Source: a virus
Direction: 5' to 3' (one strand)
Length of the DNA: 34,957 nucleotides
Virus record (IMG/VR): IMGVR_UViG_3300011921_000003
Part shown: in pieces, positions 23,643-32,539 of the stretch
Numbering within the stretch: position 1 is the stretch's first letter
Layout of the letters: every line of letters starts with the position of its first letter
Translations under genes and position numbers: made by a program
Notes under the pieces: model-generated
Told to the model about the DNA's origin: nothing
What the model saw: the letters and a program-made list of their open reading frames with translations, nothing else
Database searches by the model: none

Positions 23643-24334
23643 TGCTTGGATTAGCGTTCTCAGGCGGGAAAGATTCTTTAGCGTGTTGGTACTTGTACCG
23701 TGAAAAGAATCCCATCGTCTTTTGGGCAAATACTGGCAAGTCTTATCCTGAAACGATGGAAATCATTGAACAGGTAAAAGCAGAAGCAATTGAGTTTATT
23801 GAAGTTAAGTCAGATCAAGAACAGCAAATTAAGTTTTACGGCTATCCAAGCGATGTTGTGCCGGTTGACCATAGTCTTGAAGGTATGGTGTTTGCAGGCG
23901 ATAAGCCAGTACGAGTACAGAGTTATTTAAACTGTTGTTGGGCAAACGTAGGGCAACCTCTAACAGAGGCAATTGCAAAACGTGGAATTACGCATTTGAT
24001 TCGTGGGCAAAGGCTAGATGAAAGCCACAAATCCACGGCTCGGCACGGGTCGGTAGTGAATGGTGTGACGTACATTCAGCCGATAGAAACATGGACTAAA
24101 GAGCAAGTTTTGGCGTTTTTACGGACTCAGTGCCAGTTACCAGAACATTATGCAATCGATCACTCAAGCCTTGATTGTTACGATTGCACAGCGTATTTGG
24201 CGCACTCAACGGATCGAGTGGCATGGATGAAAGAAAAACACCCAAATTTGCATGAAAAATATAAAATAAACATGGCGGCACTAAAGTCTGCCTTGTTGCC
24301 TACTTTAGAGTTATTAAGGAATTGCGATGCTTAA
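23642..24334 (+). CDS. PP-loop ATP-pyrophosphatase, PAPS-reductase-like protein
   Basis: 230 aa. The N-terminal 'LAFSGGKDSLA' is the SGGxDS PP-loop motif. There is a C-terminal Cys pair, 'LDCYDCTAY'. TAATG overlap with the upstream gene. Confidence 0.6.
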   Translation: MLGLAFSGGKDSLACWYLYREKNPIVFWANTGKSYPETMEIIEQVKAEAIEFIEVKSDQEQQIKFYGYPSDVVPVDHSLEGMVFAGDKPVRVQSYLNCCWANVGQPLTEAIAKRGITHLIRGQRLDESHKSTARHGSVVNGVTYIQPIETWTKEQVLAFLRTQCQLPEHYAIDHSSLDCYDCTAYLAHSTDRVAWMKEKHPNLHEKYKINMAALKSALLPTLELLRNCDA

Positions 24335-24635
24335 TCAATATGTAAACCTTACCCCGCAACAGAAAATGGCGCAGATGCTGCAACAGCAAGTTCAACAGAC
24401 TCCATTGCAAGGGCAACAAGAAATGCCGCAATCAATGGGTCAAGCAGCGTCACAAAACCCGTTTGGCGGCGTTCAAGATGCAATGAAAATGTATCAACAG
24501 GCCAGTCAGCAAGGCGATATGCAAGATTATAAAGACTACATTGCTCGGCTTAAACTTGGTCAAGCACAAACTGGCGGTATGTTTGATTCGGCTAATGCTC
24601 AAGCGCCAAAATATACTGGTGACATGGGGACTTAA
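24327..24635 (+). CDS. Gln/Met-rich small virion-module protein (102 aa)
   Basis: Low-complexity sequence 'QQKMAQMLQQQVQQTPLQGQQEMPQ', with an 8-nt overlap with the previous gene. Confidence 0.55.
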   Translation: MLNQYVNLTPQQKMAQMLQQQVQQTPLQGQQEMPQSMGQAASQNPFGGVQDAMKMYQQASQQGDMQDYKDYIARLKLGQAQTGGMFDSANAQAPKYTGDMGT

Positions 24636-24637
24636 TC

Positions 24638-26242
24638 ATGGATTTGGATTACAACACTAGATTAGCGGCGATTCAGCGCAACGAAAAGTTAGCGCAGATT
24701 ATGCAACAGCAGGCTTTTCAACCTGTTGATATTCAAAGCTATCAGGGTATTCAAGCGCCTATTTCACCTTTGTCGGGACTTGCTAAAGTGTTGCAAGCCT
24801 ACATGGGCGCAAAAGGCACGGGCGATGAAGAACGCATCAAGCTAAACCAAGAAGCCAAGGTTCAAGCACAACAAATGTTGTCAGGATTGCAAGACAGACC
24901 AGCATCACCTGGTCGTGCTGCGGTCATGGGTATGCCTGAAATTCAAGCACAGCCTGCAACATCATTTACCCCAATGGGCGCTGACTTTGAGGACAATCCA
25001 AACTTACCAGTTGCACCGTCGGGCAACGTGGAAACGCCTGCTGTGCCGTTTCAGCCTGCCGTAGCACCACAAGCAGCGATCCCACCGCAAGCAGCTGTGT
25101 CGCTTGACCCAGAACAAAAACGTCAACGATTAGTTGAAATAATGATGGGTCAAAACCCATATGCATCACCAGTTGCTAAGTTAATGTATGAGAGCTTAGA
25201 GAAACAAAACACAGGGCCATTAGCTGAGTACAAACTTTATGCTGAACAAGCTAAAGCCGCAGGTCAAACACCTCTCAGTATTGATGCTTACAAAACAAGA
25301 CAAATACAAGCAGGTCGAGCAATTAGTAATAACGTAGTCAATATGCCAGCGGGTGCGCCAATTCCAGTTATGCGTAATGGCAAACAAGTGTTTATTCAAA
25401 TGGGCAAAGATGGAAAATATGTTGAGGTTGAGGGTATTTCCCCAGTACAGGCACAAACACCTCTTGCACAAGAATTAGCTGACGCAGGGATTACGCCTGA
25501 TAATCCTAAATTCCAAGAATTGGCAACAGCGTTCATTAACAAGAAATTAACGCAAGTTATTTCACCTAGTGCGACTGTTATTGCACCAACGGGAGAAACT
25601 ACACAAGCAGCACCACCGCCTGCGGCAGGCACAACTCAAGTAATAATTGACGGAAAATTAACAGCCGTTCCAATTGAACAAGCTGCTGAACTAAACGCTA
25701 AATTTAAAACAGCGGAAACACTTGGTACTGAAGGCGCAAAAGCAACGCTTGATCTTGTAACTATTCCAGATCCTAAAAACCCAGCTAATAAAATATTAGT
25801 TCAAAGGTCGCAGGTAGCAAGTCAGGCAGCGTCTGGCACACCAGCGGTTGTTGAGGTAGATAAAAAAGTAGCGCAAGGTGAATCTGCACTCGATTTGGCT
25901 AGACGAGCGCAATCAATATTGCCTCAAGCAACTTCTGGCGCTATTAGCAATTTGTTTACAATGGCAACAGATGCCGCTGGCATACCTACAAACAAGTCTG
26001 CTGCTGATGCACAATTGCAAGTTATTAGCGCAGGCTTGACTGCTAACGTACCAAGGATGGAAGGGCCACAGAGCAACACAGATTTGCTTGAATACAAACG
26101 GGCGGCGGCTAACGTAGCAGACAAAAATATTCCTTATCAAACTCGCATGAAAGCACTTGAAACGGTTATTTCGCTTAACGAAAAATACGCTAAAACTCCG
26201 ACTGCACCGCCAGGCTCTGTTCGTAGGATTACTCCAAAATGA
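24638..26242 (+). CDS. Internal virion/ejection protein (534 aa)
   Basis: Large A/Q/P-rich protein that precedes the largest ORF, as expected for podovirus core proteins. Confidence 0.5.
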   Translation: MDLDYNTRLAAIQRNEKLAQIMQQQAFQPVDIQSYQGIQAPISPLSGLAKVLQAYMGAKGTGDEERIKLNQEAKVQAQQMLSGLQDRPASPGRAAVMGMPEIQAQPATSFTPMGADFEDNPNLPVAPSGNVETPAVPFQPAVAPQAAIPPQAAVSLDPEQKRQRLVEIMMGQNPYASPVAKLMYESLEKQNTGPLAEYKLYAEQAKAAGQTPLSIDAYKTRQIQAGRAISNNVVNMPAGAPIPVMRNGKQVFIQMGKDGKYVEVEGISPVQAQTPLAQELADAGITPDNPKFQELATAFINKKLTQVISPSATVIAPTGETTQAAPPPAAGTTQVIIDGKLTAVPIEQAAELNAKFKTAETLGTEGAKATLDLVTIPDPKNPANKILVQRSQVASQAASGTPAVVEVDKKVAQGESALDLARRAQSILPQATSGAISNLFTMATDAAGIPTNKSAADAQLQVISAGLTANVPRMEGPQSNTDLLEYKRAAANVADKNIPYQTRMKALETVISLNEKYAKTPTAPPGSVRRITPK

Positions 26243-28506
26243 CAACAGCCACTTTTGAAGTAAAGATTGGCAAAGAGGTCTATGAGGTTGACGCTAAAGA
26301 CGAAAACGAGGCGTGGAAACTTGCTAATGAATTTCATGCGTCTACTCCACCCCCACCACCGCCTGAGAAATCAACAGGCGAAAGCATTATGTCGGCGGTT
26401 AAAGACTTCCCTCGACAGGTTGGGCTGACAGGCCGGTATGCAATTGAAGGCGCAGCGAACACGTTAGGGTTGCCGTTAGAGCCTATGCGGATGGGCGTTA
26501 GTGCAATTTCACAACTTGCCGGTGGCCCACCAGCAGCATCAATGTCAACGTATGGCACAAAGTTAGCCGATTTGCTTGGATTGCCAAAACCTAAAGAAAC
26601 GTCTGTTATGGACACTCGGACAGGTTTAGCTAACGTGTTGCCAAGCGAACAAGTTGTGGGTGACGTTGCAACATCAATTGCGTCAACGATTCCAATGGTA
26701 TCGGGTGCGGGGGCGCTTGCTAAAAGCACCACCGGCATCACAAGCAACGTTGCTAATCAGTTGGCATCTAACCCCATGCTGCAATACGGCTCGGCAGCTG
26801 GCGCAGGGTACGGCAGCGGTTTAACAAGAGAGGCTGGCGGCGATCCTTTACAACAATTCTTTGCAGGACTTGGCGGCGGTATGCTTGCGCCTGCTGCATA
26901 CGGTGGGGCAAAATCTTTGCTTACGTCTGCCGGTCAAAAGGTAGCGCCTACACTCACAGGCAAGTTAAACCCTGACGCAGCAATTCCTAACCCTGCTGAA
27001 GTCGATCAGATTATTACTTTAAAGCTCGGTCAATCAGGCATTGATTTCAGCAGATTGCCAGACCAAGTACGCAAGTCGTTGACCGCAGATGTAGCAAATG
27101 CGTTGCGAACTGGCGGTGACTTGGGCGGCGATGCAATGCGTCGATTGCTTGATTTCCGCATGGTTGAGGGTACAACACCCACCAAGGGCATGATTACCCT
27201 TGATCCACGGCAGATCACGTTAGAGCAAAATTTAGCTAAAACAGGCATGAACTCTGCCGATCCTAATCTGCAAACATTGGGCAACGTGCAAGCGGCAAAC
27301 AATCGTGCTTTGATTGAGGCGCTAAATACAAGAGGTGCGGGTAACGTACAAGCGCCGTATTTGATGGAGGCAGGCGAGGCAAGTGCGACAAAAATTGCCG
27401 CAGAAGATGCCGCAAAGAAAGCAGCTACGTCTAAGTTATATGACGAGGCAAGTGCTTTGCCAGGCGGTACAACACCATTAAATCGTGCAGATTTGCTTAA
27501 CAACATTGATACATTGTTGGCAAAATCAAATGCTAACGCATTTTTGCCACCTGAAATTCGGTCAATGCTGAACGAGTTAAGCGCCGGTCAAACAACAATT
27601 AACGGTAAAACGTTTCCTGTGCCGTTTGATACCAATGCACTTGATACATTGATGACCATGATTGCGACAGCGCAACGTGGTGCAAGTGGGAACACAAAAA
27701 ACGCTTTAAGTTTAGTGCGTCAGGCTATTGATGAAACTGACATTGCGCCAGTTAAAACAGAGTTTGGCGGCAATCAATTGGTAACTGAGGCCGGCGGCAA
27801 ATTCTTGCAAACGCAAGACGCTCAAGCCGGTGAATTGTTGGCGGCATTAAACAAAGCAAGAGCATCACACCGTGAACGCATGAATTGGCAAGAATCTACT
27901 AAGCCAATTGAGCAAACCGTTGATGGTATGCAACCAGACCAATTTGTACGCAAGTTTGTACTTAATGGCGATGTTGCAGATGCAGCATCAGTTGCTAAAT
28001 CAGGCGATCCAGCAGCCACGAAGTCGGCTATTTTGACGCATTTGAAAGATCGAGCATTAGGCGGCAGATCAGATGAGGTTGGTACATTTGGTGCTGCAAC
28101 GTACAACAAAACGCTTAAAGAAATTGGCGATAAAAAACTAGCCTTGTTCTTTTCACCTGAAGAAATTGACGAGTTAAAACGTTTAGGCCGTGTTGCTGAG
28201 TACACAACCGTGCAACCAAAAGGCTCGGCGGTCAACAATAGCAATTCAGGTGCTTTAATGCTTGGTGCGGGTATTGATATTTTGGCTAATTCTGTTGGGA
28301 TTGTATCGCCTGGCGTTGCAACTCTTGCTATTCCTTTTGCCAAAAAACAATTGCAAGGTACTTTAAATGCAGCGGAACAAAAGCGAGCTTTAGACATGGG
28401 CAAAGCATTATCAACTAAAGTGCCAGGCTTTTCTCTCGGTGAACGAGTAGTGCCGGCATCCATTTATGCGGGGCTTTTGACTAATCCCCAAGTTGGTCAA
28501 CAATAA
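26239..28506 (+). CDS. Large internal virion/ejection protein (755 aa)
   Basis: It is the second-largest ORF after the portal, with an ATGA overlap and a G/A-rich, probably membrane-interacting segment ('GAGYGSGL...GLGGGMLAPAAYGG'). I saw no lytic transglycosylase motif. Confidence 0.5.
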   Translation: MTTATFEVKIGKEVYEVDAKDENEAWKLANEFHASTPPPPPPEKSTGESIMSAVKDFPRQVGLTGRYAIEGAANTLGLPLEPMRMGVSAISQLAGGPPAASMSTYGTKLADLLGLPKPKETSVMDTRTGLANVLPSEQVVGDVATSIASTIPMVSGAGALAKSTTGITSNVANQLASNPMLQYGSAAGAGYGSGLTREAGGDPLQQFFAGLGGGMLAPAAYGGAKSLLTSAGQKVAPTLTGKLNPDAAIPNPAEVDQIITLKLGQSGIDFSRLPDQVRKSLTADVANALRTGGDLGGDAMRRLLDFRMVEGTTPTKGMITLDPRQITLEQNLAKTGMNSADPNLQTLGNVQAANNRALIEALNTRGAGNVQAPYLMEAGEASATKIAAEDAAKKAATSKLYDEASALPGGTTPLNRADLLNNIDTLLAKSNANAFLPPEIRSMLNELSAGQTTINGKTFPVPFDTNALDTLMTMIATAQRGASGNTKNALSLVRQAIDETDIAPVKTEFGGNQLVTEAGGKFLQTQDAQAGELLAALNKARASHRERMNWQESTKPIEQTVDGMQPDQFVRKFVLNGDVADAASVAKSGDPAATKSAILTHLKDRALGGRSDEVGTFGAATYNKTLKEIGDKKLALFFSPEEIDELKRLGRVAEYTTVQPKGSAVNNSNSGALMLGAGIDILANSVGIVSPGVATLAIPFAKKQLQGTLNAAEQKRALDMGKALSTKVPGFSLGERVVPASIYAGLLTNPQVGQQ

Positions 28507-28516
28507 GAGGTAATCA

Positions 28517-29083
28517 ATGAGCTATAACGGCAGCGGTACATTTGTAATCAACTCAACTGGTCAGCCAGTTGTTACAAACACAGTCATTTCGTCTACGGCG
28601 TTTAATGCGCTGACTGCTGATCTTGCAACTGGTTTAACAACTGCATTGACCAAAGACGGTCAAACGACACCAACAGCCAATATCCCAATGGGAACATTTA
28701 AATTAACAGGGTTGGGGGCGGGTTCTTCTGCGACTGATTCTGCAAATTTATCGCAAGTGCAAAGCTCGGTTGGATCATTTTTAACCGCAGCCGGTACAGA
28801 TACCATTACAGCGTCGGTTAGCCCATCATTGACTGCTTATGGTGTTGGTCAAACGTTTAAGTTTATTGCTGCTGCGACAAATACAGGCGCAGTCACAATA
28901 AACATTAGTGCGCTTGGTGCAAAATCTATTGTAAAAAACGGTTCAACTGCATTGTCTGCGGGTGAATTAGTTAGCGGTTCAATGTATCAAATTGTTTATG
29001 ATGGCACTAATTTTCAACTTATCGGGGCTGGCGGCGTTACAGCTGGCAAAGCAATTGCTTTTTCAATCATTTTTGGACTATAA
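28517..29083 (+). CDS. Tail fibre / tail-fibre adaptor protein (188 aa)
   Basis: The N-terminus 'FNALTADLATGLTTALTKDGQTTPTANIPMGTFKLTGLGAGSSATDSANLSQVQ' is the widely conserved phage tail-fibre N-terminal motif. Confidence 0.55.
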   Translation: MSYNGSGTFVINSTGQPVVTNTVISSTAFNALTADLATGLTTALTKDGQTTPTANIPMGTFKLTGLGAGSSATDSANLSQVQSSVGSFLTAAGTDTITASVSPSLTAYGVGQTFKFIAAATNTGAVTINISALGAKSIVKNGSTALSAGELVSGSMYQIVYDGTNFQLIGAGGVTAGKAIAFSIIFGL

Positions 29084-29086
29084 ATC

Positions 29087-29461
29087 ATGGCCGCACCTAA
29101 TATTGTTAACGTTAGCGCAATTTATGGCAAAGTCGTAACTGCCGATCTAACCTCAACCTCTGCAATTTCAGTTTTAAGCAATGCTGCATCAAGTGGCAAA
29201 GTGTTTAAAGTTGATTCTCTTGTGGTGGCTAATATTGATACTGCTAACGCAGTCAATATCACGGTTAATCACTACTCAGCTGCGGCGCTTGGTGGAACTG
29301 CAACCCCAATTGCGTCAACAATTTCGATCCCACCCAATTCAAGCTTAATCGTGATTGATAAAACAACCATGATTTATCTTGAAGAAAATATGTCAATTGG
29401 CGCAACTGCCGGCACATCAAGCAAATTAAAAGTCGTTTGCTCTTATGAGGACATTTCGTAA
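29087..29461 (+). CDS. Small beta-rich fibre-cluster protein (124 aa)
   Basis: ORF between two fibre-type genes, with a TAATG overlap downstream. Confidence 0.55.
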   Translation: MAAPNIVNVSAIYGKVVTADLTSTSAISVLSNAASSGKVFKVDSLVVANIDTANAVNITVNHYSAAALGGTATPIASTISIPPNSSLIVIDKTTMIYLEENMSIGATAGTSSKLKVVCSYEDIS

Positions 29462-30366
29462 TGGCTTTAGGCAACCAAGGACAAATAGGCCCATTTCGTG
29501 CGCCCACAAGTGGGATGTTGCGTATATCTACGCTACAACAAGCTAAAAGCCAACCTAACATTGCCCAGGTCTTAATCGTTGCGGGTGGTGGTGGTTCGGG
29601 TGGATTTGGCGGGGCAGGCGGTGCTGGTGGGGTTGTTCAAGGATCGGTTTCGCTAGTAGCCGGCACAAGCTACACCGTGACCGTTGGCGCTGGTGGTGCG
29701 GGTGCTGCCAATCGTAATGCTGCTGCAAGCAACGGATCAAACTCGTCTTTTGCTTATGTAATAGCTACTGGTGGTGGTTACGGCGGTTCAGACAATTCAA
29801 ACGGTGCAGTACAAGTGTATCAAAGCGGTCAAAATGGCGGTTCAGGTGGTGGTGCATCTTACGTTGGGACAGCCACAGCAGGAACGGGTAACACGCCTAG
29901 CTTAACTCCAGCACAAGGTTTTAATGGCAGACTTGGTAGCACAGGTACAAACACTTTTGGCGGTTCAGGTGGTGGTGCTAGTGCAACTGGTGGTGCAAAT
30001 ACTCAACCATTAGCCGCAGGAAATGGCGGGGACGGGATTAGTTCAACAATTACAGGTTCTGCGGTCAGTTATGGTGGAGGCGGTGGTGCGCCATGCGGAA
30101 GCGTTGTTGCCACAAATGGTACGGGTGGTGCGGGTGGTGGTGGAAATGGCGGCAAAGGTGCGGCTGGAACTGCGGGAACGGCAAATACAGGTGGTGGTGC
30201 AGGTGGATGTTGGTCTGACGCAGGTGTTGCGGGTGGATCAGGCGTTGTAATCTTTTCTATTCCAACAGCGTTTTACACAGGCACAGTCACAGGTTCACCA
30301 ACAGTTACAACATATGGCGGGTTGACCGTAGTTAAATTTACGTCATCTGGGAGTTACACAGCATGA
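29461..30366 (+). CDS. Glycine-rich domain protein (fibre/receptor-binding candidate, 301 aa)
   Basis: 'VAGGGGSGGFGGAGGAGGVVQGSV...YTVTVGAGGAG' and the C-terminus 'GGSGVVIFSIP...VVKFTSSGSYTA' are typical of phage glycine-rich-domain fibre proteins. Confidence 0.6.
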   Translation: MALGNQGQIGPFRAPTSGMLRISTLQQAKSQPNIAQVLIVAGGGGSGGFGGAGGAGGVVQGSVSLVAGTSYTVTVGAGGAGAANRNAAASNGSNSSFAYVIATGGGYGGSDNSNGAVQVYQSGQNGGSGGGASYVGTATAGTGNTPSLTPAQGFNGRLGSTGTNTFGGSGGGASATGGANTQPLAAGNGGDGISSTITGSAVSYGGGGGAPCGSVVATNGTGGAGGGGNGGKGAAGTAGTANTGGGAGGCWSDAGVAGGSGVVIFSIPTAFYTGTVTGSPTVTTYGGLTVVKFTSSGSYTA

Positions 30367-30761
30367 GTTATTTTGCAAGAGTACCAACGCTTACTGATGG
30401 CAAAGGTATTGTGGATGATGTTATTGCTGCGGGGCAAGATGTGATTGATTCTGGGTTGTTTGGTGATCCCAGTATTTGGTGGCAAACCTCGTATAACACT
30501 TTCGGTAATGTTCATTACGGGGCAGACGGTCAACCAGATGGCGGCGTACCACTTCGTGCAAACTATGCAGGCCTCGGTTACACGCTAGATACAACTGTTG
30601 TTCAAGATGGCGTAATTGGCGTGTTTTATGCGCCACAACCATATCCATCATGGATTTTGAATACACAAACGTATCTTTGGGAAGCGCCTGTTGCAATGCC
30701 AAATGACGGGAAACGGTATGATTGGGATGAGGCAAATCAATCGTGGGTAGAAATTGATTAA
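30363..30761 (+). CDS. Hypothetical fibre-cluster protein (132 aa)
   Basis: ATGA overlap with the previous gene. The motifs 'WWQTSYNT', 'ANYAGLGYTLD', 'PQPYPSW' and 'YDWDEANQSW' recur in small phage proteins as I recall. Confidence 0.55.
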   Translation: MSYFARVPTLTDGKGIVDDVIAAGQDVIDSGLFGDPSIWWQTSYNTFGNVHYGADGQPDGGVPLRANYAGLGYTLDTTVVQDGVIGVFYAPQPYPSWILNTQTYLWEAPVAMPNDGKRYDWDEANQSWVEID

Positions 30762-30859
30762 CTTTATTGCAGGGGTGTTTCTTTTGCCATTGATATTGTT
30801 TTGCAGTCTTTGGCTTATCCCTTGGGCAATCTACGCACTTTTAAAAGGCTTTGATATTG

Positions 30860-31471
30860 ATGCTTAAATCTTTCGCAATATGGTTTTTTAAATCGGTTGG
30901 CCTGATTGGATTGACTATCTTAGCGTTTCCGCTTGCGCCATTTTTAGCGTTGTTTATTGTCCACGCAGAGGAATCTGAAACAACTGGGTTTCCCTCGTTG
31001 TACCCTGGTAAGTTGCGTGAGTTCCTTATTCCTAGTTTGCGTATTTGGCAATCACCAGACGCACCACTTGATGAGTGGTGGTACGGTGACTATCCAAGCC
31101 CGTTAAAGTTGAAATACGATCAAGCGTATTACGACAACCATTACTGGCTACGCTACGCTAGTCGAGTGTTTTGGTTGTGGCGCAATGCGGCGTATGGCTT
31201 TGGTGCAAAGTGGGGCTATGCAGCCAAAGGCACGTTTGCTTTGTATACCAAAGACAATGATGCTCAATGGAAATCAGGCAAGAATGTTTGCAGTTTTTGG
31301 AAAGTATGTAATGGTGATGGTGACATAGGCTGGTTGCTACGGGCGCAAGTTTACTTTTACAAAGACCGATGCGTAGAAATTATCTTTGGATACAAGTTGT
31401 TAGGTGAAACCGTTAATGGTAAAAAGCTAGTTGCTATTCAATGTTCACCATTTAAAAAATATCCGGAGTAA
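30860..31471 (+). CDS. Membrane-anchored hypothetical protein (203 aa)
   Basis: The N-terminus is hydrophobic ('FAIWFFKSVGLIGLTILAFPLAPFLALFIV') and the rest is W/Y-rich. I prefer the ATG at 30860 to the TTG at 30851. Confidence 0.55.
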   Translation: MLKSFAIWFFKSVGLIGLTILAFPLAPFLALFIVHAEESETTGFPSLYPGKLREFLIPSLRIWQSPDAPLDEWWYGDYPSPLKLKYDQAYYDNHYWLRYASRVFWLWRNAAYGFGAKWGYAAKGTFALYTKDNDAQWKSGKNVCSFWKVCNGDGDIGWLLRAQVYFYKDRCVEIIFGYKLLGETVNGKKLVAIQCSPFKKYPE

Positions 31472-31474
31472 TTC

Positions 31475-31729
31475 ATGGATTGGCAGAATTTTATCAACGT
31501 GGGCGCTGGCTGTTTGTTAGCAGTTGGTGGATGGTTTTGCCGTCAATTGTGGGATTCGGTTAAAGAGTTGAAGGCAGACATTGCTGGGCTTAAACTTCAT
31601 GTAAGCGATGTATACGTTAAGAAATCAGAAATGGACACGCTCAAATCAGAAATGGACAAGCGTTTTGATCGAGTTGAAATGTTGCTTGATCGACTGTTTG
31701 ATAAGCTAGAGTCCAAGGTAGACAAGTAA
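31475..31729 (+). CDS. Membrane-anchored coiled-coil protein (84 aa), a lysis-cassette component (holin or antiholin candidate)
   Basis: One N-terminal TM helix ('INVGAGCLLAVGGWFCRQLW') is followed by a charged coiled coil. It is the first gene of the lysis cluster. Confidence 0.4.
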   Translation: MDWQNFINVGAGCLLAVGGWFCRQLWDSVKELKADIAGLKLHVSDVYVKKSEMDTLKSEMDKRFDRVEMLLDRLFDKLESKVDK

Positions 31730-31920
31730 TGGATCGTTGGAGAAATCGACGCAGAATGGCGTGGTTATCTATGCTTGCTGCATTGGTCTTTCCCCTGCTT
31801 ATCCTTGTGTCTGAGTCCCCTACCCTTGGCACTATCGCTATGCCCTTTTACATCTTTGTCAGCGCCGTTGTAGGCTCGTATATGGGCTTTGCAACGATGG
31901 ATGATAACTGGCGCAAATAA
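31729..31920 (+). CDS. Holin candidate (63 aa, two TM helices)
   Basis: TAATG overlap. The two TM helices are 'MAWLSMLAALVFPLLILV' and 'IAMPFYIFVSAVVGSYMGF'. It has a basic N-terminus and a charged C-terminus. Confidence 0.5.
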   Translation: MDRWRNRRRMAWLSMLAALVFPLLILVSESPTLGTIAMPFYIFVSAVVGSYMGFATMDDNWRK

Positions 31921-32330
31921 TGTTCCCATTATTCCCAAGTGCTTTGTGGATGAAAATTGGTGCAATTCTTGCGCTATGTGCGCTAATGTACTTTTTGGGG
32001 TGGAACAATGAACACAAGAAATTCGTTGCTTTTCAGGCTGAGATTGCTGCATTGGGCAAAGCACAGGAAACCATTAACGCTGCAAAGGTGAAAGAGCATG
32101 AAACTATATCGGCTTCAATCTCAAATCAATATGAAGCTCGTCTGTCTGCTGTTCATAATTATTACGCTGACAGGGTGCAGCCAAATCCCAGTAGCGGTAA
32201 CTTGCCCACCGTTCCCAAGCCCACCAATTGCCCTAATGCAGCCTCCACCAACACAGAATTTATTAGACAATGCGCTGAAACGACCTTGATGTTGACCGAA
32301 TTACAAAACTGGGTGCGAAGTATCAAATGA
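31920..32330 (+). CDS. i-spanin (Rz-like)
   Basis: 136 aa. An N-terminal TM helix ('MKIGAILALCALMYFLGW') is followed by a helical periplasmic domain. A lipoprotein ORF is fully embedded in the +1 frame. Confidence 0.7.
   Translation: MFPLFPSALWMKIGAILALCALMYFLGWNNEHKKFVAFQAEIAALGKAQETINAAKVKEHETISASISNQYEARLSAVHNYYADRVQPNPSSGNLPTVPKPTNCPNAASTNTEFIRQCAETTLMLTELQNWVRSIK
32131..32289 (+). CDS. o-spanin (Rz1-like lipoprotein) embedded in the i-spanin gene
   Basis: 52 aa. 'MKLVCLLFIIITLTGC' is a signal peptide with an L-T-G-C lipobox. The mature part is Pro-rich ('CPPFPSPPIALMQPPPTQ') and has one extra Cys. Confidence 0.75.
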   Translation: MKLVCLLFIIITLTGCSQIPVAVTCPPFPSPPIALMQPPPTQNLLDNALKRP

Positions 32331-32539
32331 CTGTTGCTGACCGTATAACCATAATTTGTTGCGTTTCCCTCGCTGTTGTATTGCTGTCAACGGTGGTTGT
32401 GGTCTTGATTGGATTGTTCGATCCGTTAGTTGATAACGCTGAAATTTTTAAACTGATTAACCCAGCCTTTAATATGATTGTTGGGGCATTTGTTGGTACG
32501 ATAGCCGGTATAAAAATAGGGAAAGACGATGCAAAGTAA
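32327..32539 (+). CDS. Second holin-like membrane protein (70 aa, two TM helices)
   Basis: ATGA overlap. The two TM helices are 'ITIICCVSLAVVLLSTVVVVLIGL' and 'FNMIVGAFVGTIAGI'. It is immediately upstream of the endolysin gene. Confidence 0.5.
   Translation: MTVADRITIICCVSLAVVLLSTVVVVLIGLFDPLVDNAEIFKLINPAFNMIVGAFVGTIAGIKIGKDDAK

Noticed and set aside
29461-30366. The glycine-rich, repeat-like fibre gene as the variable region of a diversity-generating retroelement.
   Set aside because: No reverse transcriptase gene is present, and I could find no template-repeat copy of the region elsewhere in the genome.
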